A DNA stretch of 39,217 nucleotides from Nitrosarchaeum sp. (lineage in GTDB: Archaea > Thermoproteota > Nitrososphaeria > Nitrososphaerales > Nitrosopumilaceae). Where the stretch lies: contig JANPCQ010000085.1 of assembly GCA_031431055.1 (NCBI GenBank), forward strand, positions 1-39,217. Direction: 5' to 3'. The position numbers and the translations under genes were made by a program. The notes below the pieces were generated by a model. It was given only the letters and a program-made list of their open reading frames with translations. It was not told the origin of the DNA and ran no database searches. This document shows positions 1 through 9,702 of the stretch, piece after piece (position 1 is the first letter of the stretch; each line of letters starts with the position of its first letter).

Positions 1-81
1 TAAAATCCGCGTGTCAGATTTTAAATCGATCAAATAATAACGTGGGAACGCTTTTATGGAAAAAATTAAGCCAAATTATTA

Positions 82-390
82 GTGCCTAACTGTCCAGAAT
101 GTACTGCAAGAGAGAGAAAGAAAATTCAAGCAAAATATGAAGCAGAAATTGCAGAAGAGAATAGAGGCAGAGATGATTTATTCAAGTTATTTGATCAAGT
201 GGAAATTCCTATGAAAATGGATTCTGCTACAAAGCATTTCATTTGTAAGAGATGTGGACTGTATGCTACACGAGAACAAGTTTCTGACATCAAATACAGA
301 CTAAATCAAAAAGAGAAGACACGCGAAGATAAACAAGATGATTATCTGGAATGGTGGCAAAAAAGTAAGAAAGACAAAGAATTAGACTAG
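82..390 (+). CDS. Small zinc-ribbon-like hypothetical protein
   Basis: 102 aa ORF with two CxxC pairs (CPEC, CKRC). Confidence 0.75.
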   Translation: MPNCPECTARERKKIQAKYEAEIAEENRGRDDLFKLFDQVEIPMKMDSATKHFICKRCGLYATREQVSDIKYRLNQKEKTREDKQDDYLEWWQKSKKDKELD

Positions 391-402
391 AGTTGTTATT
401 TT

Positions 403-837
403 ATGGTAAAAAAGATAGACGGAGAAAAACCAGCTAAGAAAGAAAGAAAATCATCTAAAAAGGATGACATTCCGGATTGGGTTTCTGATGAAATTCAAAA
501 TGCAAAGTTTGAGAAACCAGAAGAGCAAAAAAGAGCTGGATATATTCTTGAAATTTATGATTCAGACAATAAAATTGATGCTCAAGTGTATGATCCAGTT
601 GAAGATGGTAGACATATAGTTACATTTGATTTGGCAAAAAAAATTAAAACGTCAGATTTAGAAAAAGGAGTTGTCTACGAATTTATTTTTGATCAACACA
701 AAGCACCATTAAGTAAAAAGGTAGCAGAATACCTCCAAAAAGAAAAAGAAATAGATATGAATGCGATATATCAATTTGAATTAAAAAAAATGGAGTTACT
801 TGATGTAGGATCTAGTACATCTGTCGATGAAGAATAA
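403..837 (+). CDS. Hypothetical protein
   Basis: 144 aa ORF 12 bp downstream of the previous gene; no recognised motif. Confidence 0.75.
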   Translation: MVKKIDGEKPAKKERKSSKKDDIPDWVSDEIQNAKFEKPEEQKRAGYILEIYDSDNKIDAQVYDPVEDGRHIVTFDLAKKIKTSDLEKGVVYEFIFDQHKAPLSKKVAEYLQKEKEIDMNAIYQFELKKMELLDVGSSTSVDEE

Positions 838-839
838 AG

Positions 840-1640
840 CTAGTTTTTTGTTTTAGAGTTTGATTGTTTTTTAAAAGCCATACCCAAAATAGGATTAATC
901 AGATATGGAAATGTATTTTTCATCCATACAGCACCACGAACTACTGAAGGAACTATAATTTCTAATCGTGGCGAATTTGCAGCTTTTAAGATTGCTTTTG
1001 TGACTGTTTTATCACTAAGAGATAGTGGCGAATATTTTGGCATTTTTTTAAAGGATGGATGATCAAAAAAGTCAGTTCTAACCATTATTGGACTTACAAC
1101 TGTTATTCCAACGCCAGTTCCTTTAAGCTCGTGTTTTAGACCTTCTGAAAAACCCAACATTGCAAATTTTGATGCACAATAAGATGCAATTCCAGGTAAA
1201 CCAAAACTTGCTGCTACAGAAGCCACATTAACAATATGTCCAGATTTTTTTTCAAGCATTGATGGAAGAAAATTTTTGATACAATAAATCATACCAAAAT
1301 AATTTGTTGCCATCTGTGATTCAATTTCTTCAGTTGTTAAATCAAAAACAGAACCATAAATTGCAAATCCAGCATTGTTTACTAAAATATCAATAGAACC
1401 ATATTTTTCTAAAACAAGTTTTGACATTTTCTCTACTTGTAATTTATCAGAAACATCACATTCACAAATCATAGTGGAGATGTTAAATTTTTTTAGATCA
1501 TCAGCTATTTGTTCTAATTTTTGTTTTCTTCGTGCAACTAAAATTACATTGGAGCCTTTTTTGGCAAATTGGATAGCAGTTTCTTTACCTATTCCAGATG
1601 AAGCGCCTGTAATTAGTACAATTTTATCTTTGAAATCCAT
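840..1640 (-). CDS. Short-chain dehydrogenase/reductase (SDR)
   Basis: TGASSGIG Rossmann motif, NNAG, catalytic YCASK. Confidence 0.95.
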   Translation of the reverse strand: MDFKDKIVLITGASSGIGKETAIQFAKKGSNVILVARRKQKLEQIADDLKKFNISTMICECDVSDKLQVEKMSKLVLEKYGSIDILVNNAGFAIYGSVFDLTTEEIESQMATNYFGMIYCIKNFLPSMLEKKSGHIVNVASVAASFGLPGIASYCASKFAMLGFSEGLKHELKGTGVGITVVSPIMVRTDFFDHPSFKKMPKYSPLSLSDKTVTKAILKAANSPRLEIIVPSVVRGAVWMKNTFPYLINPILGMAFKKQSNSKTKN

Positions 1641-1674
1641 AAATCAAAAAATTCGTTAAAAGATAAAGTGGTTT

Positions 1675-2691
1675 CTATGATTTTTCCTTCTTTGAGATTT
1701 TACTCAAGGCTAGTTTTACCAGTAAAAGCCAAGTTATCAAAATAGGTACATAGTAAGTAGCAATTCTCCAACCAATTACTGCATCCCATGCAACTGTTCC
1801 TTGAGGGACAGTAAGATTGAATGGATCCAAGTTATTCAGATATGCAATAATACCAAACTCTGCTAGTCCTGAACCACCTATTGTAATTGGCAGGTTTCCA
1901 ATTGCATTTGCACCCATTACAGCCATGATTGAATCAAAAATACCAATCACGTATCCTGTTCCCATTGCAATTATCATAAATGATATTCCATAAAATGACC
2001 AAGATGCAAGTGAGAAGAGAAAAGAGATTGTAAAGACTTTTTTTGATTCTGTTGTTTTAAGATTGTTTCTACTCATTATACAAACTTCTTCCATCCAGGA
2101 ATTAGTCTGCTCAATGTATTTTTCTCCTTTTTCTTTAGCAAATCGCTTAGTTAAACTAACAAAGATCCTTGGAACTTGAAAAGTTCTCTTAGATGATAAA
2201 AAGAACAGAACCATCCATAATGAAGTTATGGTAATACTAATTCCTAAAATTATAACACCTACAACATATGCTCCGTTCATTAATGCAAAAATACCAGCCA
2301 TAATCGATAACAAACCTCCTGCAAAAACTTCAGTGACTATATCCATTATTGCAATCCAAGTAGATTTTGAAGGTGGAACTCCTTTTTTATGCAAATAGTA
2401 AATTACAACAAATTCTGCACCTACAAACATCGGAGTGGTAAATTTAATAAATTCACTTCCAATTCTAACACCACATAACTTCCAAAAAGAATCAAATTTT
2501 CCAAGATATTTATGTGCAATGTATGCAAATTTTATTCCTTGAAGACCTAGTTTTATCATAATGGTAATTACAGCTGCTACAAATGGAAGAAATCCAATTG
2601 CCAATACATCTTCAAATTTTATATCAAATTGAATCGCTATAATGAAAATAGGAATAAGAGTTGCAGGAATAGCAATAATTCTCCAATTCAT
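1675..2691 (-). CDS. Multi-pass membrane protein, lysylphosphatidylglycerol-synthase TM / flippase-like (UPF0104) family
   Basis: Many hydrophobic segments; TP..VGAE, P.TIGGSGLAE and WRIATYY motifs typical of the family. Confidence 0.8.
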   Translation of the reverse strand: MNWRIIAIPATLIPIFIIAIQFDIKFEDVLAIGFLPFVAAVITIMIKLGLQGIKFAYIAHKYLGKFDSFWKLCGVRIGSEFIKFTTPMFVGAEFVVIYYLHKKGVPPSKSTWIAIMDIVTEVFAGGLLSIMAGIFALMNGAYVVGVIILGISITITSLWMVLFFLSSKRTFQVPRIFVSLTKRFAKEKGEKYIEQTNSWMEEVCIMSRNNLKTTESKKVFTISFLFSLASWSFYGISFMIIAMGTGYVIGIFDSIMAVMGANAIGNLPITIGGSGLAEFGIIAYLNNLDPFNLTVPQGTVAWDAVIGWRIATYYVPILITWLLLVKLALSKISKKEKS

Positions 2692-2791
2692 CGATGATTT
2701 TTTTATAGATTCAAATATGAAAGTTGACCAAATTTTAATAACAATATTGAATGCCTGTATCTAGGCACAAATTTTGAAAAACTCTAAGAAA

Positions 2792-2947
2792 TTAGCTGGT
2801 TCGTTGGCGGGTTTTTTGAATTTCTTGTTTGACTTCAGCAAATAATGAATCCAAAAGGACATAATCTGAAAAGTTTTTTTCTTCTAATAATTTGATAACT
2901 AGTTCTTTTAGGTGTGTCTCTTTTTCATCAATAGAGTTTTGAATCAC
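2792..2947 (-). CDS. Possible 51 aa helical hypothetical protein (not in ORF track)
   Basis: Manual translation GTG..TAA: MIQNSIDEKETHLKELVIKLLEEKNFSDYVLLDSLFAEVKQEIQKTRQRTS. Confidence 0.45.
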   Translation of the reverse strand: MIQNSIDEKETHLKELVIKLLEEKNFSDYVLLDSLFAEVKQEIQKTRQRTS

Positions 2948-3086
2948 AAATTTTATGGAATGTTACAGGTTATAGATCAATTGGAATTTTATTTAATTAT
3001 TGATTGCCATTGTGGTATATTTTGAAGAATTGATATCAAAAGTAACTAGTTTGAAATATAAGCCAAGAAAGAAAATTTAGATAGTA

Positions 3087-3845
3087 TTGAAATCAATTTT
3101 TGTAACAGGAACAGCAGGAGCAGGAAAATCTCTTTTAACATCAAAACTATACGAGTATTATACAAGAAATAGTGCATTTGCAGCTGTATTGAATTTGGAT
3201 CCTGGCGTTAGAAATTTACCCTATACATGCGATATTGATGTTAGAGATTATGTCGATGTTATAGATATAATGCAAAAATATGATCTAGGTCCAAATGGTG
3301 CTGTAGTCATGGCAAATGACTTGATTGCTTCTAAAATTGATGAGATTCAAGAACATATTGGTAAAGTGAATCCAGATTATCTAATTGTAGATACACCAGG
3401 TCAAATTGAACTATTTGCATATCGTTCTAGTGGTCGCTTTGTTGTAGAAAATATTTCATCTGAAGAAAAGGCAAGCATATTTCTTTTTGACGGTGCGTTA
3501 ATTACTACACCAGTAAACTTTGTCTCAATTGCTCTTCTTGCAACATCAATAAGATTACGCTTGAATTTACCAACAATTAACACCATCACCAAAACAGATC
3601 TAATAGGTTCTAAACTAAGAGATATTTTAGAATGGTCTAGCAATCTAAAATCATTAGAGAACGCCATTGCCAAAGAGGCAGATGGAGAAACGTATAGTTT
3701 AACTACAAATATTTTGCGAGGCTTGAATCTAGGCGGTTTTGCTCAAGGATTGATTCCAGTTTCTAATGTTACAGGGGAAGGATTAGTAAACTTGGAGGCA
3801 GCACTGAGCAGAATTCTTAACTTGGGTGAAGAGGTAGAAGATTAG
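3087..3845 (+). CDS. GPN-loop GTPase
   Basis: GTAGAGKS P-loop, NLDPG, GPNG signature, DTPGQIE. Confidence 0.95.
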   Translation: MKSIFVTGTAGAGKSLLTSKLYEYYTRNSAFAAVLNLDPGVRNLPYTCDIDVRDYVDVIDIMQKYDLGPNGAVVMANDLIASKIDEIQEHIGKVNPDYLIVDTPGQIELFAYRSSGRFVVENISSEEKASIFLFDGALITTPVNFVSIALLATSIRLRLNLPTINTITKTDLIGSKLRDILEWSSNLKSLENAIAKEADGETYSLTTNILRGLNLGGFAQGLIPVSNVTGEGLVNLEAALSRILNLGEEVED

Positions 3846-4769
3846 TTGGCATCAAAGATTACTGTAAGAGCACCGTCTTCTACTGCAAACTTGGGTCCGG
3901 GATTTGATGTATTTGGATTAGCCATTGATGCTTTTTTTGATGAAGTTACTTTAACAAAAAAGAAAAGTGGGATAAGCATAGTTACTGAAGACGACATTCC
4001 AACAAATCCAGACAACAACACAGCGGGATTAGTTGTTAAAAATATGATAAAAAAATTCAAAATTAAAGATGGTATAGAAATTAAAATAAAAAAAGGTGTT
4101 CCTGCAGGATTTGGAATGGGAAGTAGTGCGGCTTCAGCAGCAGCTACTGTAATTGCGTTTGATAAGATGTATGAATTGAAATTAGATGAAAATACGCTTG
4201 TAGAAATTGCTGGATCTGGAGAAAAGGCTAGTGCCGGTTCTATTCATTATGATAATGTGGCAGCATCTGTATTGGGAGGATTTGTAATAGTAAGGACAAA
4301 CCCTCTAAATGTAATCAAGATTAAACCACCAATGAATCTAAGAATGTGTATTGCAGTTCCAAAACTTAAGGTTCCAAAAAAGAAAACCAAAGTATCACGA
4401 GGTGTAATACCTAAAAAAGTCAGATTCATTGACAGTATTGCAAACTTGTCAAATGCTGCAGCAATTGTTGCAGGATTCATGAAAAAAGATCCCAAATTGA
4501 TAGGAGATTCCATAAAAGATGTAATTGTAGAACCTGCAAGACAACACATGATACCAGGATTTGCCAAGGTTAAAGAAAATGCTCTCAAGGCAGGTGCATT
4601 TGGTGTAACAATTAGTGGCGCAGGTCCTTCAGTAATTGCATTTTCAAAGAGTTCAGCAAATTTAAAGAAGATAAGTTTAGCAATGTCGAAAGGATTTGCA
4701 TCTGCAAATACCAAATGTCAAACTGTAATTTGTAAGCCAAGTAAGGGTGCACTGGTAATAAAAAAATAA
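3846..4769 (+). CDS. thrB: Homoserine kinase
   Basis: ANLGPGFD, GHMP motif PAGFGMGSSAA, HYDNVA, ISGAGPS. Confidence 0.95.
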   Translation: MASKITVRAPSSTANLGPGFDVFGLAIDAFFDEVTLTKKKSGISIVTEDDIPTNPDNNTAGLVVKNMIKKFKIKDGIEIKIKKGVPAGFGMGSSAASAAATVIAFDKMYELKLDENTLVEIAGSGEKASAGSIHYDNVAASVLGGFVIVRTNPLNVIKIKPPMNLRMCIAVPKLKVPKKKTKVSRGVIPKKVRFIDSIANLSNAAAIVAGFMKKDPKLIGDSIKDVIVEPARQHMIPGFAKVKENALKAGAFGVTISGAGPSVIAFSKSSANLKKISLAMSKGFASANTKCQTVICKPSKGALVIKK

Positions 4770-4785
4770 TCGAGAAAGAGAAGTT

Positions 4786-5460
4786 ATGAAAAAAGCAGTT
4801 ATTTTGTTTAGTGGTGGAGTAGATTCGGTTTGTATAGTTAGTTATCTGAAATCAAAATATGATCTTTATGGAATTTCATTTTCATATGGTCAAAAAGCAA
4901 ATAGAGAAATTGTTGCAGCAAAAACTTTTGCAAAGAAGCTTGGATTAAAACAGCATAAAATTATCGATATTGGTTTTATGAAAGAATTGTATGGAGATTC
5001 TAATGTTTTAACTAGTTCAAAGAGGAAAATTCCAAGTGAGTTTGATTATTCTATTGTTGTTCCAATTAGAAATGCAGTATTTCTGTCAATTGCTTCAGCA
5101 TGGGCATTTACTCTTAATGCATCATTTGTAGCATATGGTGCGCATACAGGTGATAAACACTATCCTGATTGTAGACCAATATTTGCAAAAAAGCTGGAAT
5201 CAGCTTTTAACCAAGGTGAGATTGATGGAATAAATTCAGGAGTACGAAAAAATATCAAAATATGGTCACCGTATCGTGAGGGTCTTTCAAAAAGTGATTT
5301 GCTAAAAGTTGGTTTCAAAACTTTGGGTAATTCCATTTTCAAAACATGGAGTTGTTATTCTAGTAAAAAATATCATTGCGGTAGTTGTGAATCTTGTAAT
5401 AATAGAAAAATAGCTTTTCAAAAAGCTGGTATTATAGACAAAACAAAATATTTAAAATAG
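4786..5460 (+). CDS. queC: 7-cyano-7-deazaguanine (preQ0) synthase
   Basis: SGGVDS PP-loop, YGQ, VPIRN, YPDC, C-terminal CY..CGSCESC zinc motif. Confidence 0.95.
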   Translation: MKKAVILFSGGVDSVCIVSYLKSKYDLYGISFSYGQKANREIVAAKTFAKKLGLKQHKIIDIGFMKELYGDSNVLTSSKRKIPSEFDYSIVVPIRNAVFLSIASAWAFTLNASFVAYGAHTGDKHYPDCRPIFAKKLESAFNQGEIDGINSGVRKNIKIWSPYREGLSKSDLLKVGFKTLGNSIFKTWSCYSSKKYHCGSCESCNNRKIAFQKAGIIDKTKYLK

Positions 5461-5463
5461 TAT

Positions 5464-5715
5464 CTAGTATTTGTTATCAAGAATCTTCTTTTTGAAAACA
5501 AAATTTCTAATTATAATATACCAAATAAAGAATATTCCACCAACAATTCCCATAAATACATAATTTTGGATTTCTGGAGTTAGTCCTTGTATGGAATTGG
5601 TAATTTCTCTTGAAACTAACATTGAAATTGCAATAACAATTCCAAATTCAATTGCATACCATGTCCAGTTAGGCCATGATTCTTTTGGAATGTGGACATT
5701 AGGATTAGCTCCCAT
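5464..5715 (-). CDS. Small 2-TM membrane protein
   Basis: 83 aa with two hydrophobic helices; TATA-like TTAAATA 23 bp upstream of ATG. Confidence 0.75.
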   Translation of the reverse strand: MGANPNVHIPKESWPNWTWYAIEFGIVIAISMLVSREITNSIQGLTPEIQNYVFMGIVGGIFFIWYIIIRNFVFKKKILDNKY

Positions 5716-5758
5716 GGGTTTTGTCTAAAAGATTGATTATTTAATTTTTCAGGAGAAC

Positions 5759-6328
5759 CTAAAGTGATATGTCGGAGGTACGTCGTCTAATCATAGTCAT
5801 AATGTTCTCTTTTTCCTCCTTATTTTCATAAATTCCTCTATATGCAGATGTGGTAAGTATTGCATCATTTCTAACTCCACGCATTTTCATACAGAAGTGT
5901 TCTGCATCAGCTAAAACTACAACTCCCTTTACACCCTGAGCAAATAACTCATCAGCTATATTCTTGGTTAGGCGTTCTTGAATTTGTAGTCTTTTAGAGT
6001 ATTTTTCAACTAATCTTACTAGTTTGGAGATTCCAAAAACTCTACCGTTAGGAGAATATGCTATGTGAATTTTTCCAAAAAATGGCAACATGTGGTGTTC
6101 ACACATTGAATAAAACTGAATATTGCGTGCAATAACTACATCAGAATCTTCAGAGAATTGTACCGATAATTCAGAATCAGAATCGTATCCACCAAAGATT
6201 TCTTGATACATATTTGCAATTCTTTCAGGAGTATCTTTAAGACCCTCACGAGTAGGATCCTCACCAATTTCTATAATTAATTCTCTAACGAGTTTTTTTA
6301 CACGTTCTTTATCCATTGATGTTTTCAC
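5759..6328 (-). CDS. folE: GTP cyclohydrolase I (type IA); true start possibly ATG at 6316
   Basis: GEDPTREGLKDTPER, SMCEHH, GISKL, RLQIQERLT, HFCMKMRG. Confidence 0.95.
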   Translation of the reverse strand: MKTSMDKERVKKLVRELIIEIGEDPTREGLKDTPERIANMYQEIFGGYDSDSELSVQFSEDSDVVIARNIQFYSMCEHHMLPFFGKIHIAYSPNGRVFGISKLVRLVEKYSKRLQIQERLTKNIADELFAQGVKGVVVLADAEHFCMKMRGVRNDAILTTSAYRGIYENKEEKENIMTMIRRRTSDISL

Positions 6329-6379
6329 AGATTTTTTCTAGTATTTGAACCTAGTCTGGTTTCTAGGCTGGTGATAAGA

Positions 6380-7093
6380 TTATGGTGCTCCAATGAATTT
6401 ATGAAGTTGAGGTACAACTTTGACATCAATGTAATGTGGATAAACTATGTCATACAAATTTAGCAATAGATCTAATGAAGGTTCTGCAATACCATATGTT
6501 GGTTGTATAATGAATCCGTCAATATCTTGTTTTGAAATAATATGAAATATTTTATCAACTAAATCTTTAAAATCTTCCAATTTAGTTTTAGAGCTTACAA
6601 CTATTTTGATATATGTAGTTTTTTTAGATGCAACAGATGATTTAAGACATTTCATTGCATTATCAATTAATCTGTCATAGTGTTTAGAATCTACAAAATC
6701 AGAATCTTTTGTCTTAAATTCTATTTTAACAATATCAATAAATGGTAATACGTGATTGAATCTATCAGAATCAAAGCATGACGATTCTAGATAAGTTGGA
6801 ATTTTTTTAGTTTGAATATATTTTGCAAGTTTAGCTACTGCATCATGTTGAATTAATGGATCACCACCTGTAAAATTTACTTTATATGTTTGATTTTTGA
6901 GATTAGAATCTATTAGTTTACACGCGTCCTCAATTGTGTATTCTTTTCCAGAATCAAGTGGGAGTGATTCTTTGGTATCACAATAAAAACAAGTAAATGG
7001 ACAACCAGCTAATCGAACAAAAAGCGTTTTTGTACCATAAAGTATTCCTTCACCTTCAACTGATGTAAATATCTCAAATAATCTAACTTTCAA
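6380..7093 (-). CDS. queE: 7-carboxy-7-deazaguanine synthase (radical SAM)
   Basis: EIFTSVEGEG, FVRLAGC, CxxxCxxCDT, TGGDP, PQLHK. Confidence 0.93.
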   Translation of the reverse strand: MKVRLFEIFTSVEGEGILYGTKTLFVRLAGCPFTCFYCDTKESLPLDSGKEYTIEDACKLIDSNLKNQTYKVNFTGGDPLIQHDAVAKLAKYIQTKKIPTYLESSCFDSDRFNHVLPFIDIVKIEFKTKDSDFVDSKHYDRLIDNAMKCLKSSVASKKTTYIKIVVSSKTKLEDFKDLVDKIFHIISKQDIDGFIIQPTYGIAEPSLDLLLNLYDIVYPHYIDVKVVPQLHKFIGAP

Positions 7094-7137
7094 GTAATTG
7101 TGGTAATTTTTTTCATTATTTATTCAATGAGTTTTGG

Positions 7138-7338
7138 TTAGTGCATTACAGGTTCTTTTGTATAGAATAAACCAGAAATGAAGAAAACTACTCCTAAAAT
7201 TCCAATTAAGCTTCCCACAAATTCTACTGTGTTTTGCATTTCACCTTGTAATGGAGCCAATAACCATGCTATCAAAGCACCAACTACGATCATTGGAATT
7301 CCTACACCGACAGTAATTGCTTTAGAAGCCATGCTCAA
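7138..7338 (-). CDS. Small 2-TM membrane protein
   Basis: 66 aa, two hydrophobic helices. Confidence 0.7.
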   Translation of the reverse strand: MSMASKAITVGVGIPMIVVGALIAWLLAPLQGEMQNTVEFVGSLIGILGVVFFISGLFYTKEPVMH

Positions 7339-7382
7339 TTCTGTTTAGAAAATGTATATGAAGTTTATGATAAGTAAGATGA

Positions 7383-8381
7383 TTAATCTCGAAATTGTTC
7401 TAATAATGTTGCTAATGATCGTAATAATTCATTTGCCGTTTCAAATTCACCTTGAGATAAATGGCGTTTAATGGTTTGAAGTGTTTTTTTAGCATCTTCT
7501 AGATCAACTTGACTTAATTTATCAGAGTTAGATAATTTGAATAATATTTTTTCAATTTGCATAACTCTAGATTCCAGTCGATCATTTTTTGTTAATTCAA
7601 ATTGTTCTTTAATTGATATGATTTCTCTTATTTGTTTGATTATCTTATGTGGATTTGTTGCTGAGGAGAGATTTTCTCTAGCAGTTTCAAGTTTTTGGAT
7701 AATATCTGCAGATAAGCCTTTACTCTTTGCATTTTCAATTAATCTATCCAGTTGTTCTAAGTATTTTTGGGCATATTCTTTAGCACGGGATTGTTCTTGT
7801 TGAGATGCATAGCTACGAATTTCGTTATTGAAATCTACAGTAATTTGTTTAATTTTACTAATTGTTTGTAGTGCATCATCAAATTGCCTATCTATGATCT
7901 GTTTTTTTGCTGTTACAAAGAGATCGTCTAGTTCAGAAAAGTCAACTGATGTATTGTATTTTTTAGCAATTGTCTTGAGATTATCAACATAGTTTTGCAT
8001 TCTAAGAAGATCAGCAGACGGATCTTCTGCTGTAGCTTTAAGAGTAGTCATTTCTACCTGGGAAGCTCGATTGATTGATAATTGTTGAGACACTTCTTTT
8101 AATATTCTCATTGCAGAAAGAAAATGTTGTTTTGCTAAATCAGTTTCATTATTTCTAAGAGATTCTTCCAAGGCCTTAATTTGTTGTGCACCATCTTTGA
8201 AAAGTTGTTTTGTTTTATCTGATGAGTCTTGGTTTATCTGATTTTCAAGTTGTTTCTGGGCATGTTTTGCAATTTTTAGAAGAATTGACGGATCAGTTTG
8301 GGCTTGTACAGTATTAGTCATACCACCTAGAACCATACTAGATACTAAAATCAGCAATACAAATGAGGTTATTTTTTTCAT
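7383..8381 (-). CDS. Secreted alpha-helical protein of unknown function
   Basis: Signal peptide MKKITSFVLL..VQA, then amphipathic helical repeats; overlaps the stop of the upstream gene. Confidence 0.8.
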   Translation of the reverse strand: MKKITSFVLLILVSSMVLGGMTNTVQAQTDPSILLKIAKHAQKQLENQINQDSSDKTKQLFKDGAQQIKALEESLRNNETDLAKQHFLSAMRILKEVSQQLSINRASQVEMTTLKATAEDPSADLLRMQNYVDNLKTIAKKYNTSVDFSELDDLFVTAKKQIIDRQFDDALQTISKIKQITVDFNNEIRSYASQQEQSRAKEYAQKYLEQLDRLIENAKSKGLSADIIQKLETARENLSSATNPHKIIKQIREIISIKEQFELTKNDRLESRVMQIEKILFKLSNSDKLSQVDLEDAKKTLQTIKRHLSQGEFETANELLRSLATLLEQFRD

Positions 8382-9412
8382 TTCCCTTCCTCCAAATCTT
8401 TTTTTAGTTTGACTAAATTTTGTAAATCTTTTTTATCAATTTCGATAACTCCTAATCTTTCTAATCTTTTTACAGCTCTCCACATAGTAGTTCTTGGTTG
8501 AAGAAATTTCTTTCTTAATTCACTTTCAAGTGCTTGACCTCCATTATTAGAAATAAATTTTACAATCTCTTTATCATCTTCACGCATTTCAGGTCTGAAA
8601 TTGAATATAGTTTCTGTGTCAATAGATTTTGTTTCAATTTGTTTTTCAGAAATAGATTCTGTTTGTATAATTGATGGTAAGGATTTTTGTTGCTTTCTTT
8701 TTAGCATTAATACTCCGCCTATTACTGCAGCTATAATTGGACCAACAATAACTACAACATTAACATAATTAAATAATAATTCATCTAGAATTGTTGGTTT
8801 GGGTGTAGTTGGATTTATTGGTGCACTAAAGATGTAGTTTATTTCAGATAATCCAGTAGTAAGATCAAGTTTTGTTTGCTCATCTACTATTTCCATATTG
8901 TTTGGTAAACCACTTATTCCAACTATGACTGAATTTTTTGGCATTAGTAATGTGTAATCAGATGGCGAATCAAAAGAGAATGTCCAAACTCGTCCTTCTT
9001 TTGAAATTAAATCATGAATATCATAATCAATTATAATACTTGATGAACCAAATGTGTCAATTAGTGCTTTGTCTGCAACTATTTCTTCAGATAACAAAAA
9101 TCCAGTGTCTCCTACTGCAACAAAATTATCTATTGATTTACCAAACAAATCAAGCTCAAAATCAGGTTCTAATGGATCCACGTCTATCTGTGTAGATACA
9201 TGTGTGGATCCATCAGAATAAATGACAAGTTCAAGAGTTCGAGTAGAGCTGAATGAGGTTTGAAGAGGCATCACTATTGCCACAATAATTAAGCCAGCAA
9301 GTATCAAAGGTGCCTTAACCATTGTTTCGAGAATACCATCAGTCCTTACAAAAAGCATTCCATCTTCTCGAATAGACTCTCCACTATGAACAGGTATGAG
9401 GTCTGGGTTCAT
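8378..9412 (-). CDS. Membrane-spanning protein with extracellular domain and C-terminal winged HTH (COG2512-like)
   Basis: Signal-like segment, beta-rich acidic domain, TM helix followed by KRK, C-terminal wHTH (DDKEIVKFI..GG..ESELRKKF..PRTTMWRAVKRLERLGVIEI). Confidence 0.85.
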   Translation of the reverse strand: MNPDLIPVHSGESIREDGMLFVRTDGILETMVKAPLILAGLIIVAIVMPLQTSFSSTRTLELVIYSDGSTHVSTQIDVDPLEPDFELDLFGKSIDNFVAVGDTGFLLSEEIVADKALIDTFGSSSIIIDYDIHDLISKEGRVWTFSFDSPSDYTLLMPKNSVIVGISGLPNNMEIVDEQTKLDLTTGLSEINYIFSAPINPTTPKPTILDELLFNYVNVVVIVGPIIAAVIGGVLMLKRKQQKSLPSIIQTESISEKQIETKSIDTETIFNFRPEMREDDKEIVKFISNNGGQALESELRKKFLQPRTTMWRAVKRLERLGVIEIDKKDLQNLVKLKKDLEEGK

Positions 9413-9414
9413 GG

Positions 9415-9702
9415 CTAGTATCTCAAATTCATACTTTCGACAAGTCCCTGGAATCTCTTAAATTCCTGGAAAAATTGAAGTCCCTTTTCAGTAATCAAGA
9501 AGACTCTATTCCTGTCGTTTTTGACTGACTCGACCAAGCCTGCTTCTACCAGTTTCTCACATTTGTCTAGTACTGCATAGTGAGATAGGTTGGCTTTACG
9601 AGATATTGCAGATATAATGACTCCAGTACGACCACCATCGGCAGTTACGTCTAAGATGTCACCCATTATGCCCATTTCGGACCTGTATTGTTGTTTTGAC
9701 AT
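9415..9702 (-). CDS. Winged-helix transcriptional regulator (HTH_45 / ArnR1-like)
   Basis: RS...IMGDIL, ISRKANLS, LVEAGLV, ITEKG pattern. Confidence 0.88.
   Translation of the reverse strand: MSKQQYRSEMGIMGDILDVTADGGRTGVIISAISRKANLSHYAVLDKCEKLVEAGLVESVKNDRNRVFLITEKGLQFFQEFKRFQGLVESMNLRY

Noticed and set aside
2792-2818. GC-rich GGTTCG patch resembling a tRNA T-loop or terminator
   Set aside because: No cloverleaf; stem relies mostly on G-U pairs; explained by the 3' end of the small minus-strand ORF
4786-7093. dpd-type 7-deazaguanine DNA-modification island
   Set aside because: No DpdA/TGT-like, helicase or nuclease genes nearby; tRNA archaeosine synthesis is the simpler explanation
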